Part shown: positions 49,550-62,700 of the stretch, piece by piece
How the letters are laid out: each line of letters starts with the position of its first letter
Position numbering within the stretch: the stretch's first letter is position 1
Source of the DNA: Vicugna vicugna
Lineage: Eukaryota
Assembly: GCA_013265495.1 (NCBI GenBank)
Contig: MU060042.1
Coordinates: 5,266,258-5,330,257 of the forward strand
Length of the DNA: 64,000 nt
Reading direction: 5' to 3'
The notes under the pieces: generated by a model
Database searches by the model: none
What the model was told of the DNA's origin: nothing
The model's input: the letters and a program-made list of their open reading frames with translations, nothing else
Program-made: the position numbers and the translations under genes

Positions 49550-51390
49550 GTTTTCTACAGTGTCACCTCTCTTTGTGTTTGTCTCATCTTCCCCACCTTC
49601 TTTGAAACAACTATTTTTAGTAGTCTATGTTAACGCTGATTTCGTTTTTAACTATGTCTCTTTATGTTACTTTTCTACCTATTCCTCCAGCGATGGCAGT
49701 GTGCATCTTTTACTTCCCATTATCTACCTGGAGTCATCATTAGACCACTTTATATAAAATGCAAAAAGGTTGTGTGACATTTAAAGAATTTAAACTAAGA
49801 GGAAAGAAGAAACACAGCCATTTGTTGATCGTTCTCCTGTGCTTGTCCCTCCCTAATGACCTGGTGTGATTTCCTTCTGGCCTGAAGACCCCGCGTTAAT
49901 ATTTCTAAGGCAGATCTGCTGTCATGGGCTCTTTTAATTTTCTGTCACCTGAAAATATTCACTTTTGAAGGGCATTTTTGCTGAATGTAGAATTCTGGCT
50001 TGAGTTTCTTCCCTTCCTTTTATTTTTTCACTTGCAGAACTTAAATTTGTCAAGCTATTATCTTCTTGTCTTTGTTTTGTTTTGTTTTGTTTCAATTTTT
50101 TTTTCCTGATGGGAAATAGTTTCCTTTTGTATTATCTTTTACACGGTTTTTCAGATGCTTTGCTTTTCTTTGTTCTTCGGAAGTTTGACTATTACATGCC
50201 CAGAAGCAGATCTTTGTTTCTGTTTTTTGTATTTGCGGTGATTGGGCTCCGCTGGTTGTTCTGGATCAGTGGGCTGATTTCCTTCATCAATGTTCAAAAA
50301 TTATCACCATTTTCTCTTTAAATACTTCTTCTGCCCTATTCACGGTCGTCTCCCCCTGGGTCTCCAATTACATCTACAGTGAAGTGGTGCTGTCTCTCAG
50401 ATCTCAGACTCTCAGTTCCATTATTATTATCATTGTTTTTCCATAATTATCTTGATTATGATGTTTCTTTGTGTTTTTGTCTGGATAATTTATATTGTTC
50501 TGTCTTCAAAGGCACTTATTTTTTTAAGATAGTTTTAAATCTCTGGTAAACTTCCTCATCTTTTCACACATGTTGTTCAGTTTTTCCACTATCTCATCGC
50601 AGTGTCGAATCCATGTCTTACAATACTGTATCGGGACTTCTCTGTCTTCCTCTCCTGACTGTGGGTGACAATGACTCGCTTCTTCCTGTGTCTTAATTTT
50701 TCAGTGCACTCCAGGCATGGCGTATAAAACAACATGAGAGACTAAAATAGATAATGCTCACCAGGTTAACGGCATGCCCTTTCTCTGTCAGGCTCGAAGG
50801 GTCGTCACTCTGTCCACCTCATTGTCTGATCTGCTATTGATTTTGATAATTTTCTTTGTTGCAGCTTCAGTGGGGTTTTGATCAACATTGACTTCAGAAG
50901 TTTTGGAGGAAGAGTCAAGAACTTACCTTCCTCTGGCCTTGAAATCTAAACACCACAAAGGTCTAAAGATTCCTCTGTTCTTTGTTGAACTCCCGTCTTT
51001 CTGAATCGCATCTTTTTCTGTTACGCAGGTTACCTGTCAGATTTTCGAGTTGCTGGGAAGTCGTTCTGCACCTGTGGCAATCTCTCTCCGCCACGGTCCC
51101 CGAGGTCTAGGAAAACAGTTCACTCAGGGTTATCAGGATTTTAGACTTCCATGCCAGACCACACATGGTCAGTAAAAGTCCTTTAGAATTTCGCCTACTT
51201 CCCCCTTACTCCCCGACCACGGTGGTGTTTTCTTTCTCCCACGATTGCCCCACCAGATGGGAAGGGAGAGGTGGCTATTTTCTTGCTTAGAAAGGACAGA
51301 TTCATGTCTAGATCTAAGTTTATGTTGTTTTCTGTGCATCTTTAGCTTCCTGATGGGTGTTAAAGCTGTGGTTTTGTGGCTTATCCGTAT
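49550..51390 (-). mobile_element. Old L1M 5'/ORF1 region, antisense
   Basis: ttccttctggcctgaagacc, tttttgctgaatgtagaattctggc and tttctctttaaatacttcttctgccc are typical antisense ORF1 blocks; degraded. Confidence 0.65.
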
Positions 51391-51398
51391 TATTCTCA

Positions 51399-51537
51399 GG
51401 CAGAGGGCAGACCTCAGTGGTAGAGCGCGTGCTTAGCATGCACGGGGTCCTGGGTTCAATCCCCAATGCCTTCACTTTAAAAAATAATAAATAAATAAAT
51501 GATCTGAATTACCTCCCTCCCTACAAAAAAAAAAAAA
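51399..51537 (+). mobile_element. tRNA-Ala-derived SINE (Vic-1 family, Camelidae)
   Basis: ctcagtggtagagcgcgtgcttagcatgcacggggtcctgggttcaatcccc carries A and B boxes, followed by an (AAAT)n segment, ttacctccctccc and poly(A); matches the Vic-1 layout as I recall it. Confidence 0.85.
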
Positions 51538-52944
51538 TCACATCCTCACGGTTAGAGTCAAAGCTGCAGCCTCTTGCTTCTCTCAGATCCTGACTGAGAG
51601 CAGACGCCCAGGCGCCTTCTCTCAAATCTACTGTTGGAAAAAGTCAGTATGTGGGGACGCGACTAGGAAATTCACCATCCAAACAGGAACATTTTTCAGG
51701 ATAAAGGGAAATAATAGCAATAACTAAAATCATGTGACTAGAGTGTTTCTTTACAGACTGCCGATTTAGTTTAATTTTATCGGTAAATCTATAAAACAGT
51801 TCTATTCAAAACTCTTGTAAAATTAAATTTTTGTGACATTTATGAATATTATTCAGTGTAAACACTGAAGCAGACTGTTAAACCTTTCTATATAAATAAT
51901 GCTAATTATTTATACACGAAGTAAGCTTACACAGTATGATTACACATCCTTGGGACATGTCCATCATACAACCAGTTTCTAAGGCTTATCTGTCTCTGTT
52001 CCAAAGTCTTCACAGCATCCTGAAGGCTTTTTTAAAATCTAGTATTACTTTGAATTTTTCACATAATTGCTTTTAGTTATTCTTCAAAAATTGAATTTAT
52101 GATTAGTAAGTTTGAAATTATTGATATTTTCAGCTGACTCTTCCACAAAACACATTTTTTCTTTTTAGGAAAAGGCCACCCACACTGAGATACTGGGTAA
52201 GCTCAAAAAATTCTCCTAAATGGAAGATAGTCTTAATTCTATTTTTTTCTATTGCAGTATGTATATATTTCAGCCTCTATATTTTCTGAATTACTACTTT
52301 TTCTCCTTTATTCAGGAGCAAAAGAAACCCTCAAAAACATAGCAATCATATGTAATAAGAGCTCTGAAGTGAAGACACTCTATTAATGATTCCTGAGTAA
52401 ATTATTCCAAATTCAGATGACGTAAAATCACAAGCATTGTCAGTTCCATCCCTCCTGCATTCAGAATGTGCATGGCTGTGACTAGTCGTAGATGGCCCAT
52501 CAGAAGGTATTTATTATAAATTAAGATATTCCAAATGTATTCATTAATTTCCAAAAGTAAATCTTGTACCTTCTTTGAATTCATGGCACTTACCGTGTTC
52601 AGTCCCTGCCTTGTTTTATGGGGATATTTCTGTCTTCCTTTAATGCAGGGTTTTTTGTTTGTTTCTTTGTTTTGTTTTTTGATTTTTTTCTTAAGGGTTA
52701 AGTTGGGAGCTGGTCAACGATGCAATTCACCAAAACTTCAAGAGCTGAGGTTTTTGGGCAAAGCTTTGATTAAAGGATTTGATTAAATATCTCTATGAAG
52801 ATGTTCTACAAATTAAAATCAAGTGTGAAAGAGTCCTTTAGAAAATGTTTGCTTTCATCGTAGGACAGTTAGGCTGCTCTCTCGAGGAGCCCGCTGAAGC
52901 CCAGACAGCCATCACGCCGGCTTGCTGACGGGCAGTGCCTGCTA

Positions 52945-53284
52945 TGGGGCTGAAGTTCTCCTGGACTGGACGGGATCCTGGATGCCTTCGACAGCAGGCA
53001 TCTATTTTCCGCAGTTCTGGATTTGGGGAAGTTCAGGATCGAGGTGCTGGCAGGTTGGGTCCCTGGTGGGAGCCTCTGCCTGGTCTGCGGACGGGCACTG
53101 CTCGTGGTGCCTGCCCCCCTGGCTCCTTCTGTTCTTGTAAGGACACAGTTTCATAGGATAGAGTCCCCCCCATGACCTCATTTAACCTTATTCATTGCTT
53201 TGACGGGCTGTCTGCAGCAGGGTCACACTGCAGGTTAGGGCTCCCCCGTAAGAATTCTGAGGGAAGACCGTTCAGCCCATGACC
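52945..53284 (-). mobile_element. MLT1 solo LTR
   Basis: gcagttctggatttggggaagttcaggatcgaggtgctggcagg, cttgtaaggacac, catgacctcatttaacctt and gttcagcccatgac. Confidence 0.85.
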
Positions 53285-56204
53285 TGGGCAGGCCAGGGGG
53301 GCGGGCTCAGGGTGGGCACTACTGAGGGGCAGGAAGGTGTCCGTAATGGGTGAGCAAGAAAGACGCGGCTGCCTGCCTGTCCGTGGGAGCAGACAGGGAC
53401 CAGGCGTCCATCCTGAGGCCCGAGGAGGGATGTCTCTAAAAGGCCTCGGGAAGCGGGGGGAGCACCGACCCCCGCGCGGTGACAGCCTGCGACTCCGCGC
53501 TCGGCGCCCTGGTGACGTGAGGCCTCTGTTCCAGGGGGAGACAAGTGTCTCCACCTGGCTTGACAGTTCCGTTACAGAAATAAAAAATGTCACTTGTGGT
53601 ACGGCTGCGTCTGTTGAGAAAGTTTCACCTTTTCTAAAGTGAATTTGGACCAGTTCCCAGATGCCACATCTGCTTCTCGGATTTACAGCTCCGAGGATCA
53701 GGACAGCGGGTCCACGCGCGTCCCTGCCTGGCTCCTCCGAAGTGCTGGTGGGAGGTGCCGGCTGTGCCCGGCCGGCTGGCCCCCTGCCTCCCCGCCGCAC
53801 GGTCGGGACCCAGTCCCCCGCCACTGGGCCCTCGGAACCGTCTTGGGTTCGTCCCATGAATATGCGCCAGGCAAGCGCCTTCGGTGCTGGAAGTCCTGAC
53901 TCATGCTGAGGAGTGAGCTACGGTTCTGCTGAGTCCACCCGTGTCTGAAGATAAATCTCACCCATTGTTGGACATAGTAACTCCTTCGCCACATTCTCCA
54001 AAATATAATTTCTCCAGTTCAACTTCTTAGGAAAATGTGGTTAAAATTTTAAAACAACAAATCCTAAATCGAGGAAGGTGACCCCAAACTCTCCAGGCAG
54101 CCGAGAGGGCACATCCCATGTGACCTGAAACAGACCGGCCTGTGGTCCAGCAGCCTCGTCTTGATGACAAGAGATACTCGAGCTCCGCGAGCCCATGGCA
54201 TGTCTCTCAGCAGCACGCTAGACTCAAGCTCGCAGCTCTGAGCGCGGTCCTCGCGGCAGAGGAACTGAATTAAAAGCCCTGGGAGCAAGCCCTGGCATCT
54301 GTTTTGTCACAGTGCTCCTGGGGCGTCGAAGGTGCAGGGAGAGCGAGGGCCACTGTGAGGGTGTGACAGTGACAGACACGGCGCACACTCGGGCGGCGCT
54401 GAGCCGGGCGTCCCTGGAACCCTGGGCCTTTTGGAAGCGGCGTTTCCGTGCCGTCGAGGAAGAAGGCGCTTCCGTGCAGGTCACTAGGACACCTTCAAAG
54501 CAGAGCGTTCACCTATTTAAAGTACAAAGTATTTTCAGTCATTTAGTGATAACACTTCCGTGCAAACAATTCATGTGCTAGTTAAACTTTACCTATTCAT
54601 CACAGCCCGGCAATGACAGATACATGACGACACCTAACCTCGTTTTGGGCTACTGTTGGAACTTAAAAAAATGCTAACGCGACATTCCTTTTAAAAATAT
54701 TTAGACACACCACTAATGACACTTGAGAAAACACTGCGTGTACAACTCACCTTGTTTGCATATATAAACGCTTTATTTGTGCAATCACAAATTCCTTTGC
54801 AGGATTCGCACTTCAATTTCTGCGTTTTCAATTTAACTCGCACACTGCATCCCCACTGCCTCTGCTATATTTAATTTAGCTCAATAATTTCTCCCTGGTA
54901 CTTGACAGCAATGGCTGAGGCATTTCAGAAGGGACCCCAGGTGACTCAGCTGGGAGAGATTTGCAGACCAGCTAGGCTCACTTCCTCATTTAGCGCCCCA
55001 AAAATGTCTCAGAGGCTGAAGAGCCCCGTGAGTATCCGGGCAGCCGCTCCCCCTGGGAACCTGACACCTGGCGCTCCCCGGCCCGCGCCTGCGCCTCCGG
55101 CCTCCGGCTGGCACACGTGCGGCTTCAGGCAGGCTGCTCGGTCCGCTGCAATCCTCGGTGCAGTGCCCCACGGAGGAACGTGAGGCAGGCTGCTTTAGGA
55201 GGAAACACACCGCTTGTCCCTAAAGTTGGCTGAGTTTTTGCCTTGCACGAGGTAGGTCCATCACGGCCCCCTCACCTGGCATCTCCAGATACCTGTGAGC
55301 TTCGTAGACACTGTCTGCTGCTCTGAGTTGGGACTTCCCATGTCTGCGGGAACTTTCCTCCCAGTCACAAAGGTCCACACTTCATCCCCAGCCTCTTTGG
55401 TTCTGACGTCGTTCTAAGCAAGCAATTGGCAAACCTCGCTGGAGATCAGTGTGCTAAGAAATATGAGGATACAGACAAAGGAGAGGTGTCATTTCCCCTC
55501 TTAAGTTCTTTTGAACGTGGAGGGGCCCCTCCGGCACAAGGAAAGGAAAGGGCAGAACCAGAAGTTAAGTTCCAAGTGGATCCCACCAACGGCGAGCGCT
55601 GTGAGCTCAGAGGTGGCGGGGGGTCCGCTGTGAGATGCGGGCAGCCCAGCCGGGAAGGCTTGTAAGAAAGACGGGTGACCCCGCGGTGTGCTGAGCCGCC
55701 CTGAGGCCTTCTGCCAGGGAGACGTGCCTTCCACCTTCACACGTCCCTAAGACAGCGTGTGTGGCAGAGCTGCTGAGAAGAGCGGGTCTCGGAGTGGCAA
55801 GACGCCAACGACGGGAGCGCGGACGTGTGTCCCTCTCCTTGAGGAGATACAGGGTGCGTGTGTGCTCCACCAAATAGCCAGTCTACTTGAGATACACACG
55901 TGAGAGGTTTCTCGCTGAAAGAGAAGCAGGTGTGGGTATCAGCCCCCCTGTTCGAGCAAGCAGCGGGGCAGGGCGGGGGCACGCTCACCTTCGGAACTGC
56001 TCCGTTCTCTCCCACGTCTCTCGTCACAGCTGGGGGAAACCCTCGGTGCCACCTGCTTTGGTCAGCACTTCCTCGATAGGCCTGATTCACACGAACAAGT
56101 GTTTCAGCGTCACGGCTTACGTTGACGGACACAGGCTTAACCTGGCTGACCTCAAGTCAGTGTTACCGGGGTGTTTGCTCCTCGTGTGGTACGTGCCTAC
56201 TCGG

Positions 56205-56697
56205 CTGGCGCTGAGACACTTCACTAGTGTGACGACCTCCAGGTCCATCCACGTTGCTGCAAATGGCATCAATTTATTCTTTTTATGGCTGAGTAGTATT
56301 CACTGTATAAATACACCGCAGCGTCTTTATCTGGGAACCTGTCGATGGACATTTAGGTTGTTTCCCCGTCTTGGCTCTTGCAAATAGTGTTCCATATTTT
56401 GAGTTAGTTTTCATCAGATATATGCCGAGGAGTGGGATTGCTGGGTCANNNNNNNNNNNNNNNNNNNNNNNNNNNNNNNNNNNNNNNNNNNNNNNNNNNN
56501 NNNNNNNNNNNNNNNNNNNNNNNNNNNNNNNNNNNNNNNNNNNNNNNNNNNNNNNNNNNNNNNNNNNNNNNNNNNNNNNNNNNNNNNNNNNNGTGACGGC
56601 CATTCTGACTGATGTGAGCTGACACCTCACTGTAGTTTTGATTTGCATTTCTCTGATAATTAGCGACATTGAGCATCTTCTCTTGTGCCTATTGGCC
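56205..56697 (-). mobile_element. L1MA-like 3' region, antisense, containing a 144-nt N run (56449-56592)
   Basis: ctccaggtccatccacgttgctgcaaatggc, agtgggattgctgggtca[N144]gtgacggccattctgact and gatttgcatttctctgataattag. Confidence 0.9.
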
Positions 56698-56719
56698 AAA
56701 GAGGACTCCTCTTTGTTTT

Positions 56720-57000
56720 GATCCAGGATAGCACCTGAGACGTGGTAAGCATTTAAATGCTTGCTGAGTGAATGCATGCACCAACTTATATGTACTAGTT
56801 CAATGGTGAAGGTCTTTCCTTTGCGATCCAGTGGTACTTTGGAGCACGGTGTTATATTTCTTTACTTATATGACTGGTTTTTCAACTAACGTGGACTTTT
56901 TGAGGACCAGGGCTGTGTCTGTCTGCTTCATGAGTGCATCTTGGAGTGTCAGACCCATTGTGGGAGATGAAGAAACCTTAGCTGACTGGATAGACAGTGC
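56720..57000 (+). mobile_element. L2 3'-end fragments
   Basis: gcacctgagacgtggtaagcatttaaatgcttgctgagtgaatg and ttgaggaccagggctgtgtctg. Confidence 0.55.
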
Positions 57001-57019
57001 ACAGATCCGTCCACGCAGC

Positions 57020-57800
57020 GTGTAACAGGGGTTCGTTCCTTCGTGTAGTTGGTAGTATTCCGTCACACGGATGCCTTACATTCTGCTTATCCATTTGTCA
57101 GTAGGTAGACATTTAGATGGTTCCCACCTTCTGGATGTTGTGAACGATGCTGCTATGAACATGTACAAATCATCTGCTGGGTCCCTGATCCAATTCTTTT
57201 GAGTTTACCCTCAGAAGTGGGATTGCTGGATCACATGCTAATCTGTGTTTCAGTTTTTTGAGGAACCACTACACCGTCTTCCATAAAAGATGCACCATTT
57301 TACATTCCCACCAGCAACGCTGGGGCTCCAGTTTCTCCACATCCTCTTCAACACTTTTTAAGCAGCAGCAGCTTTAATTTATGTGAAGTAGTATTTTGTG
57401 GTTCTGTTTGCATTTCTCCAATAATTGGTGATATGAGCATTTTTTCACGTGGTGATTGACTGCATATTTTTTTGGAGAAATGAGTATGTGTGTCCTTCGC
57501 CCGTTTCTTCCTGGGCTTGTTTGTTGTTGAGTTGCAGGCGTACCTTAGATGTTCTGGATAATCACCTTTTTTTCTGACGTCTGATATGCAATTATTTCCC
57601 CCCACCCTGCGAGCTGCCTTTCTCCTCCCCTGAGGTGTGCACAAGTGTTTATAACTTTGAGAGCCCAATTGTCTGTTTTTCTTTCATTGCCTGTGCTTTT
57701 GACCTCACATCCAAGAAATCACTGCTAAATCCAGTGCCATGGGGCTTTCCCGTTGTCTTCAAGGGGTTTTACAGTTTAGCTCACGCTGGATATTTGACCT
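57020..57800 (-). mobile_element. Old L1M fragment, antisense
   Basis: gacatttagatggttcccacc, gaagtgggattgctggatcac, tttgcatttctccaataattggtgatatgagc and acatccaagaaatcactgctaaatcc. Confidence 0.88.
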
Positions 57801-59597
57801 GGATGCTTCTTCGTCAGGAGGCTGCGTTTACTCTCAGAGTGGTTCTGTAAAATTTCCTGTAATACATAGCTAGGAATCTCAGACCCCATGTCAGCGTTCC
57901 TGCAGCTGAGAACACCTTCCTCTGCTGATGTGCAGAGCAAGGAAAACAATGCCTGTCACCTGACACTTGGCTTTTTTCTGCTCTCCTGTTGAAATGCAAA
58001 ACTAACCACTCTCCCCGAACCTCTTCAAAAAGCTGGTGAAGTCAGCAGGCAGCCTTAAAAGGCAAAACTCCCAGCCAAGGTGAGTGTGGAGCCTCGCCGC
58101 TGCGTCCCCAGCTTGATGCTCACTGAAGCACACGGGGTTTCAAAGGTCTTCCTGATGTATCAGGAGAAAGAGCCAGGGCACCGGGGGCGGGGGGGTGATT
58201 TACTGGTGACTCGGGACTTCACCATACGTTTCCCTGCCGGTGCTGCTCGTCTTAAATATCCTCGTTCAAATCCCACGCACAGAAGGCTTGAGCTGCCTGT
58301 TCTTCAGGAAAAGAAAAAAAAAAAGTACGTTGCAAAATGCTTAATTTTGGGAAAATTGCATGATGAGCATTCAGCAGGGTACGGGCTGTTTGGTCTGGAG
58401 CCGTGACCTTCCCTTCACAGCCCAGCAGAATGCTGAGATGCCCCGAGAACCTACCAACGTGGCTAACGTCGAAATGCCAGCGTTCACATCAGAAGGTGTG
58501 TGTGCGCTAGCTTCAGCTCCTTCAAGTGTGGATCCAGTTCGAGCCCCGGGAAGGGAGGCCCACGGGGCTCCCTTGCTGCTCTAACTGTGGCTGGGAGAGT
58601 GGTGAGGCTGTGCTCTGAACGCATGGCTAATGTTGTAAGTATGTTGTGATCTCCACGTTACAGAATTCCAAAGAGCAAAGTGCTCTGTCAGCGCAGTATC
58701 CTTACAGGGAAAAGCAGAAACTATACAATTTAGCTTCATGGTGGGACTGGGGAGACCCCCAGCTCTGGCAGTTGCTGCTCGACAGACTGAATGACACGTG
58801 GAGAACCACAGCCCTTGTCCAGACAAGCGGAGCCCTGGAGATCTTTGTTAAAAGCTACGAAGATAATGAATGAAAAGTGAATTGAAATGATTAAGGGCTT
58901 CCAAGCTTTGGGGTAATCGTCTCCTGTCCCTGTTTCCTTTGTTCCAAAACTGACCAAACCTACACTCTCGAGTCCGCAAAGCCTGGCCCTGCTTCCAGCA
59001 GATCAGCCTCTGCTGTCAGGCCGGACCGCAGGCCTACAGCTCCCTGACGTTCACCCTCACACGTCTCCGGGTGGCCCACGTGCCGAGGGTGGTTTGAGAG
59101 GTGCTGCCCTGTGCTACTAAAAATGAAGCTGGGGCGATTTGTCTACAAAATTGACACGTCCATCCTATCTTATAATTAAGCAAAAGCTTGCACATCTGTG
59201 AATTTTCCTGCTCAAAAATACTGACAGTCTTGTGAAATTCTGCAAGAGGAGACGTGGCGGGTGGGCGGTGGGGAGCCCACAGCAGAAGGTGGAGGCTTTG
59301 GAGGAAGCAGGCAATTTGACCTCACTTTCATTTTTAGAATCCTGACCAGCAAGCAGGCTGCCTCTCCATCCCACGGCGCCAAGAGTATGAATTGAGAAGC
59401 AGGGCACACAAAAAAAGAACAGACCCTTCGATGACACTCCAGGTTTGCCGCTGGGCTGAGAGCAGTTGTTTTCGGCGACGGCCCTGATTAGCATGCATCA
59501 GACAAGTTAGGGGACCTGAGTGAAACCTGGCATCTCCGGAGCTGTCAGCTCCCTGCCCTTCGATAAACGATGCGGAGCTGCTGCTCGCGTGGGGGCG

Positions 59598-59769
59598 NNN
59601 NNNNNNNNNNNNNNNNNNNNNNNNNNNNNNNNNNNNNNNNNNNNNNNNNNNNNNNNNNNNNNNNNNNNNNNNNNNNNNNNNNNNNNNNNNNNNNNNNNNN
59701 NNNNNNNNNNNNNNNNNNNNNNNNNNNNNNNNNNNNNNNNNNNNNNNNNNNNNNNNNNNNNNNNNNNNN
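59598..59769. other. N run (172 nt)
   Basis: Directly visible; the downstream flank is non-repetitive and TAAT-rich. Confidence 0.95.
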
Positions 59770-62700
59770 TTTATTGCAGAGTTTTGGAAAGCTCACAAAA
59801 GAGAGAAGTTCACTGGGATTTCTCTCCCTAAAGCTGATGGGCCGTGACAGATGAGCAGATGACCCGAGTTAATTATTATTGAATCCGTTACTACAGCTTT
59901 GTTGTCACCCAGCTCAGCCGGGGTAAAATGATGGCAGTAGGTACCTCATTAAAACAGCTGTTTCAATTATGTAGCGGCAAATATTTAAAAAGGGAGGCTT
60001 CCAAGTTGAAAGCTGTTAACAAAGTTTGTTTGTGCTGGTTGTGCCAAGATGATCTGACCGAAAAAGGAAGGAGTAGGAAGAAGGGGAGACACTGATCATC
60101 GCGACTGCTCCGGAGGAGACTTGTCCCCCGGAAACCAGCCCGGTCCCGCTCGCATGGCGGCCCTCAGCGGGAAGCGCAGGCAGAGAGACGGGGTGGCCCG
60201 TGCCCCACCCCTCGCCCTGTCCTGAGCCCCGGTTAGATCCACGTACACTGGAACGGTAAAGGGACACCTGTGGGCGTGGACCTCCTCCCAGCCACACAAT
60301 GGGGTCGCACCCAATTTCACACCTGAAGCCGCGTGTTCCAGTAGCCAGAGCTGACCTAGTGCGACCCCGGTCCGCACGTTGGTAAAAGTCAAGGAGAGCC
60401 CCCCCGACGCCCCCGTTCAGGAAGGACTGCCCTTCCCTCTGGGGCACTGGGGACAACGCCTGCATGTGCCGGCTGCCTCTCTTCCATGTGTACCCACGGT
60501 CAGATCATCCACTTGAAGAATCGGTCGCCATAATTTGTTAGCTACCCTGCTTCTTCTCCTGATGTCACCGTGAGGCCGCCCGAGCGTCGGCAACACTCAG
60601 CAGAACTGTCAGAGCGGGGGTCCCGCCGCCGCGCCGGAAGGCACTTCTGCACTTCCTTGTGAGAGCTGGGTTTCGCAGGCACAGAATCCGACTCCCGTGC
60701 CCTCCTCACCTCCTCTTGCTCCAGACAGCCTTCATTTTGGCTGTTTGTCCCGTGGTGTTCACATAACTCTAAAGCATGTCTCATCGTGTGACCTCACGAG
60801 GCCCCAGGTCACAGTGCCCACGTCTGTTCATTTCAGGCCGGGAAAATTCGGGTCCAGAGTCAGGGGTCATGCTCAGCCCAAGGAGGCCCCTACGGAAAGG
60901 CACCTGAGATGGAGCAGGCCGTGTAGATGGCTCAGCAGCAACTCGTTACCAGCAGTGTCCCCTGCTCTGCAGAGGACAGCTCGTTCTACATGAAGAGATC
61001 TGGGTCGCTGACAGTGGGTGGCTGAGGAGGAATGAAGGACTATTAAGACACAAAATCCTTAGGGGAGATTATAATGCAATTTGCGCTTGGAGTTTGCCTG
61101 AGGATAAACGGTCCAATCCACGTCCACCCATGAAAACTAGACAAAATACTTGCTACCGGTTTGCTCATGAGCCCCGCCAGCCTGCGTGTTCATGAACAGT
61201 TCCTGGGAACACCGCTGACCTGGGAGACATGAGCTGCTGGTTTAAAATATGAAGAATAAATAGATCGGCTGACATCCTCTACAGCCTGTCAAGCCAGGGT
61301 TTAACCCCTGAAAGGTGGAACCAGCACCCATCATGAAGACGTCTCTGACTGAGCGAGGGACGCTCTTTCTGTGCTGACGAGAGGAGCAGCGCTGACTGTG
61401 TGAACCGTCCAACCAGAAGTGGGAAGACGGTCGCCGCGCAGGTCCTACATTTAAAATTCTCAGCTTTAAATTTGAAGAGGGAGCATTTTGGAATACACAG
61501 TGTAGTTTTCTTCCACAGAGAGAAAGAAATGTTTATTCTGTAATTTTTTTTTTTAGAAAAAGGCCTTTTCTACCTTCTCCCTCTTCTCCACTGAGACTAA
61601 AGATTTCTGTACATCTTATTGTCATCATTAGCGACATTTTCATGTGAAGCGAGGGTACAAAGACGAATTCTGCATAGGACCTAACGGACATGTGCAAGTG
61701 TCAGGAAACTGGATTGTCTTGAGAAACCAAGTCTGCTGCTCCCAGTGCAAGCGGTGGGCTCTGAGGCTTGAGGAGGAGGTTCGGGTGCACCATGCATGAG
61801 TCATTTGCATAATTTTTGGAATCTGATCTTTTCTGAACATATAATTTTAAAGACTCTTCCCGTGACATTTACCACCGTAAGAATTAACTCGGTACAAAAG
61901 GCAAGAGAAAACAGCAAAAGTTTCACCTGATTGTTTTTTTTATGAGATTTGTATTATAAATATATATTAGAAATTTAGATGCATGTCCTTGGGATAAAAG
62001 TTCTAAAACCGTCTTTTTAAACACACGTACCTCAGACTGCTAATGCCAGCAACGGGCGGTCATCAGAACGCCCACGGCACTCACGCTGGTGTTGCCAGCC
62101 GCCTTGGTGTGACTTGCAGTGCCTCGGGGAGAATCGGTTTAGTCGATTACCACGCGCTGGGGACCTCGCACGCGCCTTGCTTTATCTCCATTCTGTAACC
62201 GCCTCGCAAAAGAGGCTTCATTGTCCTCGACACAAGGCTGAGGCAGGAGTGCAAGGGGCCCCTGGTTTCACCTCTAAGGTGCCTCCCAAGGACGTTATTA
62301 GTGTCTTAGGACACAGCCAGGCAGGCGGGTCCTCCTGGACTCGACTTGAGGACCGCCCTTCAGAGACCTCCTGGTCTGAGCGTGAATTTGAGGTGAGGGG
62401 GGGTAAGAACCCGTCCATCAGCTGGATCTGCTGGACCCGCCCTGACGGAGAGTCTGACTCCTTACATTCAGAGTCACGTTCACCCCACCAAGGGGCCTCG
62501 GGGTGATGGCCTCGCTCGGGTGTGTTCCCTGAGCTGTGGAAGCCTGTTTCATCACACTGAGCCTTGTCCCAGGGGGTCTCAGGGACCCTGGAGAAGCGAG
62601 GGTGGGTCTGCTCTCCAGCCCCCACCCCGGTGTCTACACTGTGCTTCCCGCCCACGCTGCCCACCACAGTGCACACGTCACACCGCTGACTTCCCCTCAC

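Noticed and set aside
51410-51470. tRNA-Ala(AGC)-like sequence
   Set aside because: The acceptor stem is degenerate and an (AAAT)n and poly(A) tail follows, so this is a Vic-1 SINE head, not a tRNA gene
62380-62480. Possible MER5A-like DNA transposon fragment
   Set aside because: Only a short, diverged resemblance with no terminal inverted repeats seen
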